NCBI RefSeq assembly: GCF_054482595.1
Contig: NZ_CM137008.1
Length of the DNA: 64,000 bases
Reading direction: 5' to 3' (one strand)
Below the pieces are notes generated by a model that was given only the letters and a program-made list of their open reading frames with translations, made no database searches and was not told the DNA's origin. Shown one piece after another: positions 42,598-55,278 of this stretch (position 1 is its first letter; each line of letters begins with the position of its first letter). The position numbers were made by a program, and so were the translations under genes.

Positions 42598-43257
42598 TTA
42601 CGCTGCGGTCGGTTGGCGTAGCGGTATGGCACAAACGCGAGGATTAGCGGCCAGTGGCACAAACTGGCGGGTTGCGCCGTCAAACGCTGCGATGCTGCCG
42701 CTTTCAATGTCGTAGACCCAGCCGTGCAGGGCGATCCGCCCCTCTTCGAGCGCCAGGCGCACCGATGGATGAGTTTGCAAATTAGACAACTGAGCAATGA
42801 CGTTTTCACGTACCATCGCCGCAGCTTTTGACGGTAAATCGGGATGCGGGCGCGCCTCATTAACGACGCGGGCTGAATCGGCATAACGCAGCCAGTGGGA
42901 GACGGCAGGCATATGGTCCATGCACTGACAGCTGGCAATGGCGGTCATTGCGCCACAGTTGGAATGACCGCAAATCACAATGTCAGATACCCGAAGCGCG
43001 GCGACGGCATACTCCACCGAAGCAGAAACGCCACCGGGTTCCGGCCCGTAGGAAGGGACGATATTGCCCGCATTGCGAATAACAAACAGATCGCCAGGCT
43101 CACGTTGCGTCACCAGCTCAGGGACCAGACGGCTGTCGGAGCAGGAGATAAAAAGTGTGCGCGGGCTTTGCTGTGTCGCCAGCTGTTTAAACAAGGCTTC
43201 CCGCTTCGGAAATGCCTCGCGCTGGAATTTAAGGAATCCATCAATAACCTCTTTCAC
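42598..43257 (-). CDS. cynT: CynT, beta-class carbonic anhydrase
   Basis: 219-aa ORF. Confidence 0.95.
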   Translation of the reverse strand: MKEVIDGFLKFQREAFPKREALFKQLATQQSPRTLFISCSDSRLVPELVTQREPGDLFVIRNAGNIVPSYGPEPGGVSASVEYAVAALRVSDIVICGHSNCGAMTAIASCQCMDHMPAVSHWLRYADSARVVNEARPHPDLPSKAAAMVRENVIAQLSNLQTHPSVRLALEEGRIALHGWVYDIESGSIAAFDGATRQFVPLAANPRVCAIPLRQPTAA

Positions 43258-43366
43258 CGTTAACCTCTGTCTGTCTCTGGAATGAGAGGCAGACTACTCG
43301 CCGATTGTCATAAGGTAAAAGTCTCATTTATGATGAGTTCTATTGGATTTACTTATAGGTTGGCGA

Positions 43367-44266
43367 ATGCTCTCTCGACATATCAATTATTTTCTTGCCG
43401 TGGCTGAACATGGCAGCTTCACCCGTGCCGCCAGTGCGTTGCACGTCTCCCAGCCTGCGCTTTCCCAGCAGATTCGCCAGTTAGAGGAGAGTTTAGGCGT
43501 GCCGCTGTTTGACCGTAGCGGGCGAACGATTCGTCTCACTGATGCAGGAGAAGTCTGGCGACAGTACGCCAGCCGGGCGTTACAGGAACTGGGAGCGGGT
43601 AAACGGGCGATTCATGATGTTGCCGATTTGACGAGAGGATCGCTGCGTATCGCCGTCACCCCCACCTTTACGAGCTACTTTATCGGCCCCTTAATGGCGG
43701 ATTTCTATGCGCGCTACCCCGGCATCACGCTCCAGCTACAGGAAATGTCGCAGGAGAAAATCGAAGATCTGCTTTGCCGCGACGAGTTGGACGTTGGGAT
43801 TGCCTTCGCGCCTGTGCATTCGCCGGAGCTGGAGGCAATTCCTTTACTGACAGAAAGTTTAGCGTTAGTCGTGGCGCAACATCATCCGCTGGCCGCCCAT
43901 GAACAGATGGCGTTGAGTCGCTTGCATGATGAAAAACTGGTCCTGCTCAGCGCGGAATTTGCCACCAGAGAGCAAATTGACCACTACTGCGAGAAAGCGG
44001 GGCTGCATCCACAGGTGGTAATTGAGGCGAACTCAATTAGCGCGGTTCTGGAGCTGATTCGCCGCACTTCCCTTTCCACATTGTTACCAGCAGCGATTGC
44101 CACACAACATGACGGGCTTAAAGCTATTTCTCTTGCCCCGCCACTACTGGAGAGAACGGCGGTTTTGTTGCGGCGGAAAAATAGCTGGCAGACAGCCGCC
44201 GCGAAGGCATTTTTGCACATGGCGTTGGAGGAATGCGCGGATGTTGGCGGGAATGAATCACGGTAG
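43367..44266 (+). CDS. cynR: CynR, LysR-family activator of the cyn operon
   Basis: 299 aa from the internal start [22 protein letters not shown] (LysR HTH); divergent from cynT. Confidence 0.93.
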   Translation: MLSRHINYFLAVAEHGSFTRAASALHVSQPALSQQIRQLEESLGVPLFDRSGRTIRLTDAGEVWRQYASRALQELGAGKRAIHDVADLTRGSLRIAVTPTFTSYFIGPLMADFYARYPGITLQLQEMSQEKIEDLLCRDELDVGIAFAPVHSPELEAIPLLTESLALVVAQHHPLAAHEQMALSRLHDEKLVLLSAEFATREQIDHYCEKAGLHPQVVIEANSISAVLELIRRTSLSTLLPAAIATQHDGLKAISLAPPLLERTAVLLRRKNSWQTAAAKAFLHMALEECADVGGNESR

Positions 44267-44294
44267 CCGCTGACACAGGTCTGCGGCTGGAATT

Positions 44295-44370
44295 GCCTGA
44301 TGCGCTACGCTTATCAGGCCTACGAGTTCAGTGTAAGGCGTTCACGCCGCATCCGGCATAAACTACGCTC
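44295..44370. repeat. REP element pair between cynR and codA
   Basis: GCCTGATGCGCTACGCTTATCAGGCCTAC ... CGCCGCATCCGGCATAAAC; approximate bounds. Confidence 0.8.
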
Positions 44371-44396
44371 GCTTTGTCAACACACAGCCCAGCCGA

Positions 44397-45680
44397 TCAC
44401 CGTTTGTAATCGATGGCTTCTGGCTGCTCCAGATATACGGTGGTTTGTGCCGGTTGTGTGCTGGCGATCACCTTACCGCCACGTACAGAATAACGTACCG
44501 GAACCTGACGGCGCAGCGCATCAAATCCATTTTCAGCCGGCAGGATAATCAGGTTCGCGCTGTTTCCGGCGGCAATGCCGTAATCCTGCAAATTCAACGT
44601 CCTGGCGCTGTGGTGGGTGATTAAATTCAGGCCATCGTTAATCTGCCCATAGCCCATCAGCTGGCAAACATGCAGCCCCATATGCAGCACTTGCAGCATA
44701 TTCGCCGTTCCCAGCGGATACCACGGATCGAAGACATCATCGTGACCAAAGCAGACGTTAATGCCGGACTCCAGCATCTCTTTAACGCGCGTGATGCCGC
44801 GACGTTTTGGATACGTATCGAAACGTCCTTGCAGATGAATATTGACCAGCGGGTTGGCGACAAAGTTAATACCGGACATTTTCAGCAAGCGGAACAGGCG
44901 TGAGGTATACGCCCCGTTATAGGAGTGCATTGCCGTGGTGTGGCTGGCGGTGACTCGCGCGCCCATGCCTTCACGGTGCGCCAGGGCAGCAACGGTTTCG
45001 ACAAAGCGCGACTGCTCGTCATCGATCTCATCACAGTGAACGTCGATGAGACGGTCGTATTTTTGCGCCAGGGCGAAGGTTTTATGCAGCGACTCCACGC
45101 CGTATTCACGGGTAAATTCAAAATGCGGAATCGCCCCCACTACATCTGCCCCTAAGCGTAACGCCTCTTCCAGCAACGCTTCACCGTTGGGATACGACAA
45201 AATCCCTTCCTGAGGGAAGGCGACGATTTGCAGATCAATCCACGGCGCGACTTCCTGCTTCACTTCCAGCATTGCTTTCAGCGCAGTTAGCGTTGCATCC
45301 GAAACATCGACATGGGTACGCACATGCTGAATGCCGTTGGCAATCTGCCATTTCAGCGTTTGCCAGGCGCGTTGTTTCACATCGTCATGGGTTAATAACG
45401 CTTTGCGCTCGGCCCAGCGTTCAATGCCTTCAAACAGCGTGCCGGACTGATTCCAGTTCGGTTGTCCGGCGGTTTGCGTGGTGTCCAGGTGAATATGCGG
45501 CTCCACAAATGGCGGTATAACTAAACCTTGTTCGGCATCCAGGCTGTTTTCAGTTATGGGCATCACGCCGGATTGCGCATCAATGGCGCTGATTTTTCCG
45601 TCCTGCAGATGAATCTGCCACTGCCCCTCTTTGCCTGGTAACCGGGCGTTAATAATTGTTTGTAAAGCGTTATTCGACAC
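44397..45680 (-). CDS. codA: CodA, cytosine deaminase
   Basis: 427 codons from GTG ([16 protein letters not shown]...); start overlaps the codB 3' end by 11 nt. Confidence 0.93.
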   Translation of the reverse strand: MSNNALQTIINARLPGKEGQWQIHLQDGKISAIDAQSGVMPITENSLDAEQGLVIPPFVEPHIHLDTTQTAGQPNWNQSGTLFEGIERWAERKALLTHDDVKQRAWQTLKWQIANGIQHVRTHVDVSDATLTALKAMLEVKQEVAPWIDLQIVAFPQEGILSYPNGEALLEEALRLGADVVGAIPHFEFTREYGVESLHKTFALAQKYDRLIDVHCDEIDDEQSRFVETVAALAHREGMGARVTASHTTAMHSYNGAYTSRLFRLLKMSGINFVANPLVNIHLQGRFDTYPKRRGITRVKEMLESGINVCFGHDDVFDPWYPLGTANMLQVLHMGLHVCQLMGYGQINDGLNLITHHSARTLNLQDYGIAAGNSANLIILPAENGFDALRRQVPVRYSVRGGKVIASTQPAQTTVYLEQPEAIDYKR

Positions 45681-46929
45681 TGTTAGCCTCCACATGCGTC
45701 ATTGCTGCTGTCGTTTTACGATTCAAAATCGGGTTAAGGATCAGATAGCTCAGCGCGCCACCTAATACCGCGTTGACCGGAACAATTCCCGGTAACCAGT
45801 GGCCTGCAGCAATCCCCAAGGCGACCGCCAGAATCGCCACCCAATTGACACTCATCATACGCGTGGTCGCAAAGTGCTCATAGCGGCGACGGTTCATCAG
45901 ATAGTCGGCAATGATCACGCCACCCACTGGAGGAATAGCTGCCGAAAGGAAGGTCAACCAGCCGACAAAATTGTTATACAGCCATAATGCGCAGACCGTA
46001 CCGATAATACCGTTGATTACCGAAAGGGTTTTGCTCGACATCCCGGTAATGTTGGCGAAACCTAAACCCGACGCATAGAGCGCGTTATCGTTGGTGGTCC
46101 AGATATTTAGCCCCAGCACCACAATCGCAGGCAACAGCAGGCCCTGAGCAATCATCACATCAGAGATATCCGCCAACCCCAGTGCCGCCGCTCCCGCTGC
46201 ACCGAAAATAAACATCAACGAGTTGCCGAGGAAAAAGGCCACCATCGCCACCAGCACCGCCAGTTTGGCATTGCGACCAAACCGGACAAAGTCAGCGGTG
46301 AGCGTACCCGCACTGATAAATGACCCCACAACCAGCGCCAGCGCGACATTGAAATCTAACGGTTGTGCGGGAACGACCGCTTTTAATGCGTCCAGGCCGC
46401 CCATGCCGTTAACAGCCAGCCACACGGAATAACCACCAAGGCAGGCGATAGCCGGAACCGCAATCACCGAAAGAACCGTCAGCGCCGAAATGCCAAAGAA
46501 GACGGTGACGGTCATCAGTAAACCGGAAACGGCAATCAGCAAATTAATATCCAGCCCGGTTGCCTTGCCCACCGGAATGGCAAACATCGCCACACCGACG
46601 CCAAACCAGCCAACCTGGGTGCCGCCCAGCAGCAGTGAAGGCAGCCATGAGCCTTTAACACCAAACGAGAAGCGAGCAAGAAGATGGGTGGTCAGGCCGG
46701 TTTTTGCACCAATGTAACCGAGAAATGAAGTGTAAATACCGAGGAGAAGATTACCGATGAGAACTGCGAGGAAGAAATCATGATAGCTAAGACCGGTTCC
46801 GAGAGTGCCGCCGGTCCACATACTGGCGGAAAAGAAGGTTAATCCCAGCATGACGAACGTCAATGCCAATACCCCTTTCCGCGCCGACTGCGGGACTGGC
46901 CCCTGGCTAAAGTTGTTATCTTGCGACAC
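45670..46929 (-). CDS. codB: CodB, cytosine permease (NCS1 family)
   Basis: 419-aa hydrophobic ORF. Confidence 0.95.
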   Translation of the reverse strand: MSQDNNFSQGPVPQSARKGVLALTFVMLGLTFFSASMWTGGTLGTGLSYHDFFLAVLIGNLLLGIYTSFLGYIGAKTGLTTHLLARFSFGVKGSWLPSLLLGGTQVGWFGVGVAMFAIPVGKATGLDINLLIAVSGLLMTVTVFFGISALTVLSVIAVPAIACLGGYSVWLAVNGMGGLDALKAVVPAQPLDFNVALALVVGSFISAGTLTADFVRFGRNAKLAVLVAMVAFFLGNSLMFIFGAAGAAALGLADISDVMIAQGLLLPAIVVLGLNIWTTNDNALYASGLGFANITGMSSKTLSVINGIIGTVCALWLYNNFVGWLTFLSAAIPPVGGVIIADYLMNRRRYEHFATTRMMSVNWVAILAVALGIAAGHWLPGIVPVNAVLGGALSYLILNPILNRKTTAAMTHVEANSVE

Positions 46930-47084
46930 GAAATTCCCCCTTTTTGCTGTTTGAAACCCAAAAAATCCGCCGCATTCTATTCATCTGAAGATAAAAAGCA
47001 ATCGTTTTCGTGGGGAAATATATTTTTTATATGAATGAGTGCAAAAAGGTGGGGGAAAAATTATCGGTGTAAAAACAGTGGGTA

Positions 47085-47815
47085 GGCATAATAAGACGCG
47101 GTAAGCGTCGCATCAGGCATCGGCGCATGGTGTCGGATGCGGCGCGAGCGCCTTATCCGACCTGCGGTTCAGGCCTGTAGGCATGATAAGACGCGCCTGC
47201 GTCGCATCAGGCATCTGCGCATGGTGTCGGATGCGGCGCGAACGCCTTATCCGACCTGCGGTTCAGGCCTGTAGGCATGATAAGACGCGCCTGCGTCGCA
47301 TCAGGCATCGGCGCACGGTGTCGGATGCGCCGCGAGCGCCTTATCCGACCTACGGTTCAGGCCTGTAGGTATGATAAGACGCGCCTGCGTCGCATCAGGC
47401 ACTGAGCACGGTGTCGGATGCGGCGCGAGCGCCTTATCCGACCTACGGTTCAGGCCTGTAGGCATGATAAGACGCATCAGCGTCGCATCAGGCATCGGCA
47501 CACGGTGTCGGATGCGGTGCGAGCGCCTTATCCGACCTACGGTTCAGGCCTGTAGGCATGATAAGACGCATCAGCGTCGCATCAGGCATCGGCACACGGT
47601 GTCGGATGCGGCGCGAGCGCCTTATCCGACCTACGGTTCAGGCCTGTAGGTATGATAAGACGCATCAGCGTCGCATCAGGCACTGAGCACGGTGTCGGAT
47701 GCGGTGCGAGCGCCTTATCCGACCTACGGTTCAGGCCTGTAGGCATGATAAGACGCGCCAGCGTCGCATCAGGCATCTGCGCACAACTGTCGGATGCGCC
47801 ACGCGACGCATCCGA
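47085..47815. repeat. Large REP/BIME array, about 7-8 tandem units of roughly 94 bp
   Basis: Repeating GTCGGATGCGGCGCGAGCGCCTTATCCGACCTACGGTTCAGGCCTGTAGGCATGATAAGACGCRYCAGCGTCGCATCAGGCATCGGCRCAYGGT with minor variants; approximate bounds. Confidence 0.9.
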
Positions 47816-47822
47816 CAATACC

Positions 47823-49709
47823 TTACTCTTCCATCGCCTGGCGGATCTGATCCAACGACGCCGGATCATCAATGGTCGTCAGATCCCCCGGATCGCGTCC
47901 TTCGCAAATCGCCTGGATCGTGCGGCGCAGCATTTTTCCGGATCGCGTTTTTGGCAATTGCGAGACAAACCAGACGTGCGCCGGGCGGCCAAAGTTGCCA
48001 ATCTGGCTGTCCACCAGCGCCATAATCGCCTTCTCTTGCGAATGCGCCACATCACGATCTTCCAGACTGTCGCTCTCTTTCGGAATGACAAACGCCACCG
48101 CCACCTGCCCTTTCAGCGCATCGTTCACCCCAACCACCGCCACTTCGGCAACGCCCGGATGACTGGAGATACTCTCTTCAATCTCGCGCGTCCCCAGCCG
48201 ATGCCCGGCAACGTTAATTACATCGTCAGTGCGCCCGAGAATAAAGTGATAACCGTCAGCGTCACGGATGCCCCAATCAAAGGTGGCGTACACCGGGCGG
48301 GAAAACAGCGACCAGTAAGTCTTCACAAAGCGGTCGTCGTCGCCCCAGATGGTCTGAATACAGCCCGGCGGCAGCGGCCCTTCCACCACCAGCATCCCTT
48401 TCTCGTTGACGCCACACGGTTCGCCGGTGACTTCATTAAGCAACTGCACGTTATAGCCATACATCGGCACGCCGGGGCTTCCCAGACGCGTCGGCCTGTC
48501 GTCCAGACCGCGAGCAATCGCCATAATCGGCCAGCCGGATTCGGTCTGCCAGTAGTTGTCGATAACCGGCACATCCAGCGTATTGCTTACCCAACTGGCG
48601 GTTGGCTCGTCCAGCGGCTCCCCCGCCAGATAGAGTACTTCCAGCGACGAAAGATCGTGTTTGCGAATTTCAGCGGTAGGGAATTTTTTCAGCACGCGAA
48701 TGGCGGTCGGCGCCGAGAACATCCGGCTAACCTGATATTTCTCGACGATTTTCCACCACACGCCGCAGTCCGGCCAGGTCGGTAATCCTTCGTAAACGAT
48801 AGTCGCCATCCCCGCCAGCAGCGGCGCGTAGACGATATACGAATGCCCCACCACCCAGCCGATATCCGAAGCACAAAAGAACACACCGCCCGCTTTGCCG
48901 CCAAAAATGGTGTCCATCGAGGTCGCCAGCGCCACCGCATATCCGCCGACGTCACGCTGCACGCCTTTAGGTTTGCCGGTCGTGCCGGAGGTGTAGAGAA
49001 TGCAGGAGGTTTCGTTGGATTCCAGCCACGCCACCGGTACCCGCGCGCCGATGTGTTGATGGCGCAACGACGCGAAATCGACATCCCGCCCGCTGACGCG
49101 CGCCATTTTCGCCAGCCCGCGATCCACCAGCAAAACATGGCGCGGCTGGTGCTGCGCCTGACTTATCGCATCGTCGAGCAATTTTTTATAGGGAATGATT
49201 TTGCCACCGCGCGCTCCGGCATCAGCCGAGACAATCAGCACCGGTTTAGCATCATCAATTCGCGCCGCCACGCTATGAGAGGCAAATCCACCAAACACCA
49301 CCGAGTGAATAGCGCCAATGCGCGCGCAAGCCAGCAGGGTTATATGCGCTTCGGCAATCATCGGCATATACACCAGCACCCGTTCGCCACGCTGCACGCC
49401 CAGTGAGCGCAGCATTGACGCCACCGCGTTCACTTCGTCATGCAGCTGACGAAAGGTAAAGGTGCGCTCTTCTTCTGTTTCCGAAGAGACGGCAATCAGC
49501 GCCAGCGCCTCTGGCTGTTTCTCCAGCCAGCGATCGATAGCGTTGTGACACAAGTTGGTTCGGCCTTCACAAAACCAACGGGCAAACGGCGGATTGCTGT
49601 GATCGAGCGTTTGCGTAAAGGGCGTCTGCCAGTCAATACGCCGGGCCTGCTCGGCCCAGAACTGCTCCGGTTCGTTAATCGAACGCTGATAAAATTCGCT
49701 AAAAGACAT
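47823..49709 (-). CDS. prpE: PrpE, propionyl-CoA synthetase
   Basis: 628-aa acyl-CoA synthetase ORF. Confidence 0.95.
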   Translation of the reverse strand: MSFSEFYQRSINEPEQFWAEQARRIDWQTPFTQTLDHSNPPFARWFCEGRTNLCHNAIDRWLEKQPEALALIAVSSETEEERTFTFRQLHDEVNAVASMLRSLGVQRGERVLVYMPMIAEAHITLLACARIGAIHSVVFGGFASHSVAARIDDAKPVLIVSADAGARGGKIIPYKKLLDDAISQAQHQPRHVLLVDRGLAKMARVSGRDVDFASLRHQHIGARVPVAWLESNETSCILYTSGTTGKPKGVQRDVGGYAVALATSMDTIFGGKAGGVFFCASDIGWVVGHSYIVYAPLLAGMATIVYEGLPTWPDCGVWWKIVEKYQVSRMFSAPTAIRVLKKFPTAEIRKHDLSSLEVLYLAGEPLDEPTASWVSNTLDVPVIDNYWQTESGWPIMAIARGLDDRPTRLGSPGVPMYGYNVQLLNEVTGEPCGVNEKGMLVVEGPLPPGCIQTIWGDDDRFVKTYWSLFSRPVYATFDWGIRDADGYHFILGRTDDVINVAGHRLGTREIEESISSHPGVAEVAVVGVNDALKGQVAVAFVIPKESDSLEDRDVAHSQEKAIMALVDSQIGNFGRPAHVWFVSQLPKTRSGKMLRRTIQAICEGRDPGDLTTIDDPASLDQIRQAMEE

Positions 49710-49748
49710 AATGCTCTCCTGTTGAACTTACGCCTTACCGCTGTTTGC

Positions 49749-51200
49749 TTAAATGACGTACAGGTCGAGATACTCATTGACCGGCATCTGTTCCAGGCGA
49801 GTTCTGTCGAGAGAAACCTCCAGAATGCGCTGCTGCTGGCGAGTCGGGAACTGGCGCGCGAGATTGATTTTGAATTTATCCACCAGCTTCGGAATGCCAT
49901 CCTGACGGCGGCGAGCATGACCAATGGGGTACTCCACCACCACTTCTTCAAAGCGCGTGCCGTCGGTGAACTCAAGAGTAATGGCATTGGCGATGGCGCG
50001 TTTTTCCGGGTCGTGGTAGTCAGCGGTAAACGCCGGATCTTCAAAGCAATTGATCTTCTCGCGCAGGGCGTCGATGCGTTTATCTTGCGCAACGTTGTCC
50101 TCGTAATCTGCCGCCGTTAAGCGCCCGAACAGCAGCGGGATCGCCACCATGTACTGAATGCAGTGGTCGCGGTCTGCCGGGTTATTGAGCGGCCCCTTTT
50201 TGTCGATGATGCGAATACAGGCTTCGTGGGTGCGGATGGTCACTTTTTCGATATCTGCCGCCGTTTTGCCTGCTGCCTGCATCTGTTCATAGAGCGTCAT
50301 CGCTGCTTCAACTGCCGTCTGGGAGTGGAACTCCGCCGGGAAGGAGATTTTGAACAGCACATTTTCCATCACGTAAGAACCGTACGGACGCTGGAAGCGG
50401 AACGACTCACCTTTAAAGGAGACGTCATAGAAGCCCCACACAGGCGCAGTCAGGGCTGACGGGTAACCCATTTCGCCCGTTTTCGCCATCAGTGCCAGAC
50501 GTACCGCGCGGGAAGTGGCATCGCCCGCCGCCCAGGATTTACGCGTGCCGGTGTTCGGCGCATGGCGATAGGTGCGCAGCGACTGACCGTCCACCCACGC
50601 CAGCGAAACAGCGTTGAGAATTTCCTCGCGGGTCAGGCCAAGCATTTCGGCGACCACGGCGGTGGAAGCCACTTTCACTAACAGAACGTGGTCGAGGCCG
50701 ACGCGGTTAAAGGAGTTTTCCAGCGCGATGCAGCCCTGAATTTCATGGGCTTTAATCATTCCGGTCAGCACCTGTTTCATGGTCAACGGCGCTTTGCCGC
50801 TGGCGACCGCGTTGCGCGAAAGCCAGTCTGCCGTTGCCAGAATGCCGCCGAGGTTGTCGGAAGGATGGCCCCACTCTGCCGCAAGCCAGGTATCGTTGAA
50901 ATCGAGCCAACGGATCATCGCGCCGATGTTAAATGCCGCCTGGACGGGGTCGAGCTGGAACTGAGTTCCGGGGACGCGCACGCCGTTAGGTACGACGGTG
51001 CCGGGGACAATTGGCCCCAGCAGTTTTTTACAGGCCGGGTATTCGAGAGCTTCAAGACCGCAGCCGAGCGTGTCGAGCAGGCAGTAATGTGCGGTGTCGT
51101 AGGCCACTTTGGAGCTGATTTCGTAGTTCATCACGTAATCGACGATATCAACGATTTCACGATCAAATTCCGGGCGGATGTTGTTGATTTGAGCTGACAT
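49749..51200 (-). CDS. prpD: PrpD, 2-methylcitrate dehydratase
   Basis: 483-aa ORF. Confidence 0.95.
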   Translation of the reverse strand: MSAQINNIRPEFDREIVDIVDYVMNYEISSKVAYDTAHYCLLDTLGCGLEALEYPACKKLLGPIVPGTVVPNGVRVPGTQFQLDPVQAAFNIGAMIRWLDFNDTWLAAEWGHPSDNLGGILATADWLSRNAVASGKAPLTMKQVLTGMIKAHEIQGCIALENSFNRVGLDHVLLVKVASTAVVAEMLGLTREEILNAVSLAWVDGQSLRTYRHAPNTGTRKSWAAGDATSRAVRLALMAKTGEMGYPSALTAPVWGFYDVSFKGESFRFQRPYGSYVMENVLFKISFPAEFHSQTAVEAAMTLYEQMQAAGKTAADIEKVTIRTHEACIRIIDKKGPLNNPADRDHCIQYMVAIPLLFGRLTAADYEDNVAQDKRIDALREKINCFEDPAFTADYHDPEKRAIANAITLEFTDGTRFEEVVVEYPIGHARRRQDGIPKLVDKFKINLARQFPTRQQQRILEVSLDRTRLEQMPVNEYLDLYVI

Positions 51201-51233
51201 TGGGTACGTTTCCTTATTGTTATTCGTAGAGGT

Positions 51234-52403
51234 TTACTGGCGCTTATCCAGCGCGACAAACTGGCGGTCTTCCGGTCCAACATAATTGGCGGAAGGACGG
51301 ATAATTTTGTTGTCCTGACGTTGTTCGATAATGTGCGCCGCCCAGCCGGTGACGCGAGCGATAACAAACAGTGGTGTGAACATCTCGGTGGGAACGCCCA
51401 TCATGTTGTAGGAAACAGCGGAGAACCAGTCGAGATTGGGGAACATCTTTTTGCTCTCCCACATCACCGTTTCCAGGCGATCGGCGATGTTGTACATCTT
51501 CAGCGAGCCGCCTTCCTGCGAGAGCTGCTTCGCCACACGTTTAATCACCTGGTGGCGCGGGTCGGCGATGGTATAAACCGGATGCCCAAAACCAATGACC
51601 ACTTCTTTGTTTTCCACGCGCTTGCGGATATCTGCTTCGGCTTCGTCTGGCGTTTCGTAGCGTTGCTGGATCTCCAGCGACACTTCATTCGCCCCGCCGT
51701 GTTTCGGCCCGCGCAGTGCGCCAATCGCGCCAATAATCGCGGAATACATATCAGAGCCGGTGCCCGCAATCACCCGACTGGTAAAGGTGGAAGCGTTAAA
51801 CTCGTGTTCGGCGTACAGCACCAGCGAAATATGCATCGCCTTTTCCCAGCTTTGCGACGGCTTTTCGCCGTGCAGCAGATGCAGGAAGTGACCGCCGATG
51901 GAGTCGTCATCGGTTTCCGGCTGGATGCGTTCGCCGTTATGGCTGTAGTGATACCAGTAGAGAAGAATCGAGCTAAGTGACGCCAGCAGTTTGTCGGCAA
52001 TATCCCGCGCGCCAGAGACGGTATGCCCCTCTTTTTCTGGCAGCGTGCAGCCGAGCGCGGAAACGCCGGTGCGCATAACATCCATCGGGTGTGACGCCGC
52101 CGGTAAGGCTTCCAGCACGGTACGCACGTTAGCCGGTAAACCGCGCAGGGCTTTCAGTTTCGTTTTGTAGGCGGCGAGTTCGTCACGGGTCGGCAGTTTG
52201 CCGTGGATCAGCAGATGCGCCACTTCTTCAAATTCGCAATGTTCCGCCAGATCAAGAATATCGTAGCCACGGTAATGCAAGTCATTGCCACTTTTACCCA
52301 CGGTGCAGAGCGCCGTATTGCCCGCCGGAACGCCAGAAAGCGCCACAGATTTTTTCGGTTTAATGACATGGGTACTGTTTTGCAGGATCGTTGTGTCGCT
52401 CAT
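51234..52403 (-). CDS. prpC: PrpC, 2-methylcitrate synthase
   Basis: 389 aa from the internal start [18 protein letters not shown]; the track ORF extends into the upstream REP. Confidence 0.93.
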   Translation of the reverse strand: MSDTTILQNSTHVIKPKKSVALSGVPAGNTALCTVGKSGNDLHYRGYDILDLAEHCEFEEVAHLLIHGKLPTRDELAAYKTKLKALRGLPANVRTVLEALPAASHPMDVMRTGVSALGCTLPEKEGHTVSGARDIADKLLASLSSILLYWYHYSHNGERIQPETDDDSIGGHFLHLLHGEKPSQSWEKAMHISLVLYAEHEFNASTFTSRVIAGTGSDMYSAIIGAIGALRGPKHGGANEVSLEIQQRYETPDEAEADIRKRVENKEVVIGFGHPVYTIADPRHQVIKRVAKQLSQEGGSLKMYNIADRLETVMWESKKMFPNLDWFSAVSYNMMGVPTEMFTPLFVIARVTGWAAHIIEQRQDNKIIRPSANYVGPEDRQFVALDKRQ

Positions 52404-52439
52404 ATTGTCCTCGTCATTGTTATCATTTGTAGGGTCGAG

Positions 52440-52550
52440 ATTGTTGTCGGATGCGACGCCATGCGTCTTATTCGACCTACAGTTCAGTACACCCGTAGGC
52501 CTGATAAGCCGCGTCAGCGGCGCATCAGGCATCGGTTGTCGAATACAACC
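52440..52550. repeat. REP element pair between prpB and prpC
   Basis: GTCGGATGCGACGCCATGCGTCTTATTCGACCTAC ... GCCTGATAAGCCGCGTCAGCGGCGCATCAGGC; approximate bounds. Confidence 0.8.
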
Positions 52551-52562
52551 AACGGGCGTTTT

Positions 52563-53453
52563 TTATTTCACCTGGCTACGGGCAAACAGGTCGTCGAGCT
52601 TCGCTTCGTACTGGTAGTAGTTGATGCTTTCGTACAGCTCGTTGCGGGTCTGCATGGTGTCGATGACACTTTTCTGCGTGCCTTCCTGACGCAGGACGTT
52701 GTAGACATGCTCAGCGGCGCGGTTCATGGCGCGGAACGCTGAAAGCGGGTACAGCGCCATTGCGACATGGGCGCTGCGTAATTCGTCGATGGTAAACAGC
52801 GGCGTTGCGCCAAATTCGGTAATATTGGCGAGGATTGGCACCTGCACCGCATCGGCAAACTGGCGGTACATGGCGAGTTCGGTAATCGCCTCCGGGAACA
52901 ACATCTCGGCACCCGCTTCAACATAGGCCTGCGCACGCTCGATCGCCGCATCCAGCCCTTCTACCGCCAGCGCATCGGTGCGCGCCATGATCACAAAATC
53001 AGGATCGGTTTTCGCATCCACCGCCGCGCGGATCCGATCCACCATCTCCTCTTTCGAGACGATCGCTTTGTTCGGGCGATGACCACAGCGTTTTGCACCA
53101 ACCTGATCTTCAATATGCAATCCCGCCGCACCGGCTTTAATCATCGATTTCACCGTACGCGCAACGTTAAAAGCAGAAGAACCAAAACCGATATCCGCAT
53201 CCACCAGCAGCGGCAGCGAACAAACGTCGGTGATACGGCGAATATCTGTCAACACGTCATCAAGAGTAGAAATACCGAGATCGGGCAGCCCCAGCGACCC
53301 TGCCGCCACGCCACCGCCGGAGAGATAAATTGCCTGATATCCGGCACGCTGCGCCAACAGCGCATGGTTGGCGTTGATGGTGCCAACAATCTGCAATGGA
53401 TTTTCTTTAGTCAGTGCAGCGCGAAACGCTTTACCTGGGGAGTGTAGAGACAT
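52563..53453 (-). CDS. prpB: PrpB, 2-methylisocitrate lyase
   Basis: 296-aa ORF. Confidence 0.95.
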   Translation of the reverse strand: MSLHSPGKAFRAALTKENPLQIVGTINANHALLAQRAGYQAIYLSGGGVAAGSLGLPDLGISTLDDVLTDIRRITDVCSLPLLVDADIGFGSSAFNVARTVKSMIKAGAAGLHIEDQVGAKRCGHRPNKAIVSKEEMVDRIRAAVDAKTDPDFVIMARTDALAVEGLDAAIERAQAYVEAGAEMLFPEAITELAMYRQFADAVQVPILANITEFGATPLFTIDELRSAHVAMALYPLSAFRAMNRAAEHVYNVLRQEGTQKSVIDTMQTRNELYESINYYQYEAKLDDLFARSQVK

Positions 53454-53498
53454 AGCCCATCCTTTGTTATCAACTTGTTATTTGCGTTGATAAACACA

Positions 53499-53515
53499 AA
53501 GCAAGGGGTGTGCCA
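53499..53515 (-). promoter_or_regulatory. Sigma-54 (-24/-12) promoter of prpBCDE
   Basis: Minus strand reads TGGCACACCCCTTGCTT (GG-N10-GC) about 45 bp upstream of the prpB ATG; fits the known PrpR/sigma-54 control of prp. Confidence 0.8.
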
Positions 53516-53691
53516 CAATTGCCTTAATAAAATTAAATCTTTAATTTCAATTCGTTAGAGATAAAGTCATGAACTAATCCGCAAATATGCGTTTCAGTTA
53601 ACGTTTCAGGCAATGTTTCACCGCGTTTCATTGCAACAATTATGAAACAAGACTAAACCCAATATTCGGTTTCTTAACTTTGCGGTGCGCT

Positions 53692-55278
53692 ATGGCACAT
53701 CCACCACGGCTTAATGACGACAAACCGGTTATCTGGACGGTATCTGTAACGCGCCTGTTCGAGCTGTTTCGCGATATCAGCCTCGAGTTTGATCACCTGG
53801 CGAACATTACCCCTATTCAGCTTGGCTTTGAAAAAGCAGTGACCTACATCCGCAAGAAACTGGCAAACGAACGCTGTGACGCCATCATCGCTGCTGGCTC
53901 TAACGGCGCGTACCTGAAAAGCCGCCTGTCAGTGCCAGTTATTTTGATTAAACCGAGCGGCTACGATGTGTTACAGGCACTGGCAAAAGCCGGAAAGCTC
54001 ACCTCTTCTATCGGCGTTGTCACTTATCAGGAAACTATTCCGGCACTGGTGGCGTTTCAAAAAACCTTTAATTTGCGCCTCGATCAACGTAGCTACATTA
54101 CCGAAGAAGACGCACGCGGGCAGATTAACGAGCTAAAAGCTAACGGCACCGAAGCGGTGGTCGGCGCGGGGCTGATTACCGATCTGGCAGAAGAAGTCGG
54201 AATGACCGGAATTTTTATCTATTCCGCCGCCACCGTGCGCCAGGCGTTCAGCGATGCGCTGGATATGACGCGCATGTCGTTACGCCATAACACTCACGAT
54301 GCTACCCGTAACGCCCTGCGTACTCGTTACGTGCTGGGCGATATGCTCGGTCAATCACCACCGATGGAACAAGTACGGCAGACTATTTTGCTGTATGCCC
54401 GCTCCAGTGCAGCGGTGTTGATTGAGGGGGAAACGGGGACGGGCAAAGAGCTGGCGGCCCAGGCGATTCATCGGGAATATTTTGCCCGCCACGATGCGCG
54501 ACAGGGCAAAAAGTCGCATCCGTTTGTTGCCGTCAACTGCGGGGCGATAGCCGAATCGCTGCTGGAATCGGAGCTGTTTGGCTATGAGGAAGGGGCGTTT
54601 ACCGGCTCGCGACGCGGAGGTCGCGCCGGGCTGTTCGAAATTGCCCACGGCGGTACGCTGTTTCTGGATGAGATTGGCGAAATGCCGCTACCTTTGCAGA
54701 CTCGCCTGTTACGGGTGCTGGAAGAAAAAGAGGTTACTCGCGTCGGCGGGCATCAGCCTGTTCCGGTGGATGTGCGGGTCATTAGCGCCACTCACTGCAA
54801 TCTGGAAGAAGATATGCGGCAAGGGCAGTTTCGCCGTGATCTGTTTTATCGGCTGAGTATTTTGCGTCTGCAATTGCCACCACTGCGCGAGCGGGTGGCA
54901 GATATTCTGCCACTGGCGGAAAGTTTTTTGAAAGTGTCTCTGGCGGCGCTCTCCGCCCCATTTTCTGCTGCATTACGCCAGGGGTTACAGGCAAGTGAAA
55001 CTGTGCTGCTGCGCTACGACTGGCCGGGCAATATTCGTGAACTGCGCAATATGATGGAGCGACTGGCGCTGTTTTTAAGTGTGGAACCGACGCCGGATTT
55101 AACGCCGCAGTTTTTGCAGCTGCTACTGCCGGAACTGGCGCGCGAGTCGGCGAAAATTCCCGCTCCACGCTTGCTGACACCACAACAGGCACTGGAGAAA
55201 TTTAAAGGCGATAAAACAGCAGCGGCGAATTATTTAGGCATAAGCCGGACGACGTTCTGGCGGCGGCTGAAAAACTGA
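53692..55278 (+). CDS. prpR: PrpR, sigma-54-dependent activator of the prp operon
   Basis: 528 aa from [15 protein letters not shown]; AAA+ sigma-54 interaction domain ([13 protein letters not shown]) and C-terminal HTH. Confidence 0.93.
   Translation: MAHPPRLNDDKPVIWTVSVTRLFELFRDISLEFDHLANITPIQLGFEKAVTYIRKKLANERCDAIIAAGSNGAYLKSRLSVPVILIKPSGYDVLQALAKAGKLTSSIGVVTYQETIPALVAFQKTFNLRLDQRSYITEEDARGQINELKANGTEAVVGAGLITDLAEEVGMTGIFIYSAATVRQAFSDALDMTRMSLRHNTHDATRNALRTRYVLGDMLGQSPPMEQVRQTILLYARSSAAVLIEGETGTGKELAAQAIHREYFARHDARQGKKSHPFVAVNCGAIAESLLESELFGYEEGAFTGSRRGGRAGLFEIAHGGTLFLDEIGEMPLPLQTRLLRVLEEKEVTRVGGHQPVPVDVRVISATHCNLEEDMRQGQFRRDLFYRLSILRLQLPPLRERVADILPLAESFLKVSLAALSAPFSAALRQGLQASETVLLRYDWPGNIRELRNMMERLALFLSVEPTPDLTPQFLQLLLPELARESAKIPAPRLLTPQQALEKFKGDKTAAANYLGISRTTFWRRLKN

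Noticed and set aside
47183-47872. ORFs of 61-96 aa (MIRRACVASG..., MPMPDATLMRLIMPTGLNRRSDKAL...) inside the codB-prpE gap
   Set aside because: Same reason: products of the REP array periodicity, not genes.
47652-48785. 377-aa plus-strand ORF overlapping prpE
   Set aside because: Antisense to a well-supported 628-aa acyl-CoA synthetase ORF; begins inside the REP array; Arg/His-rich composition typical of antisense reading of a GC-rich gene.
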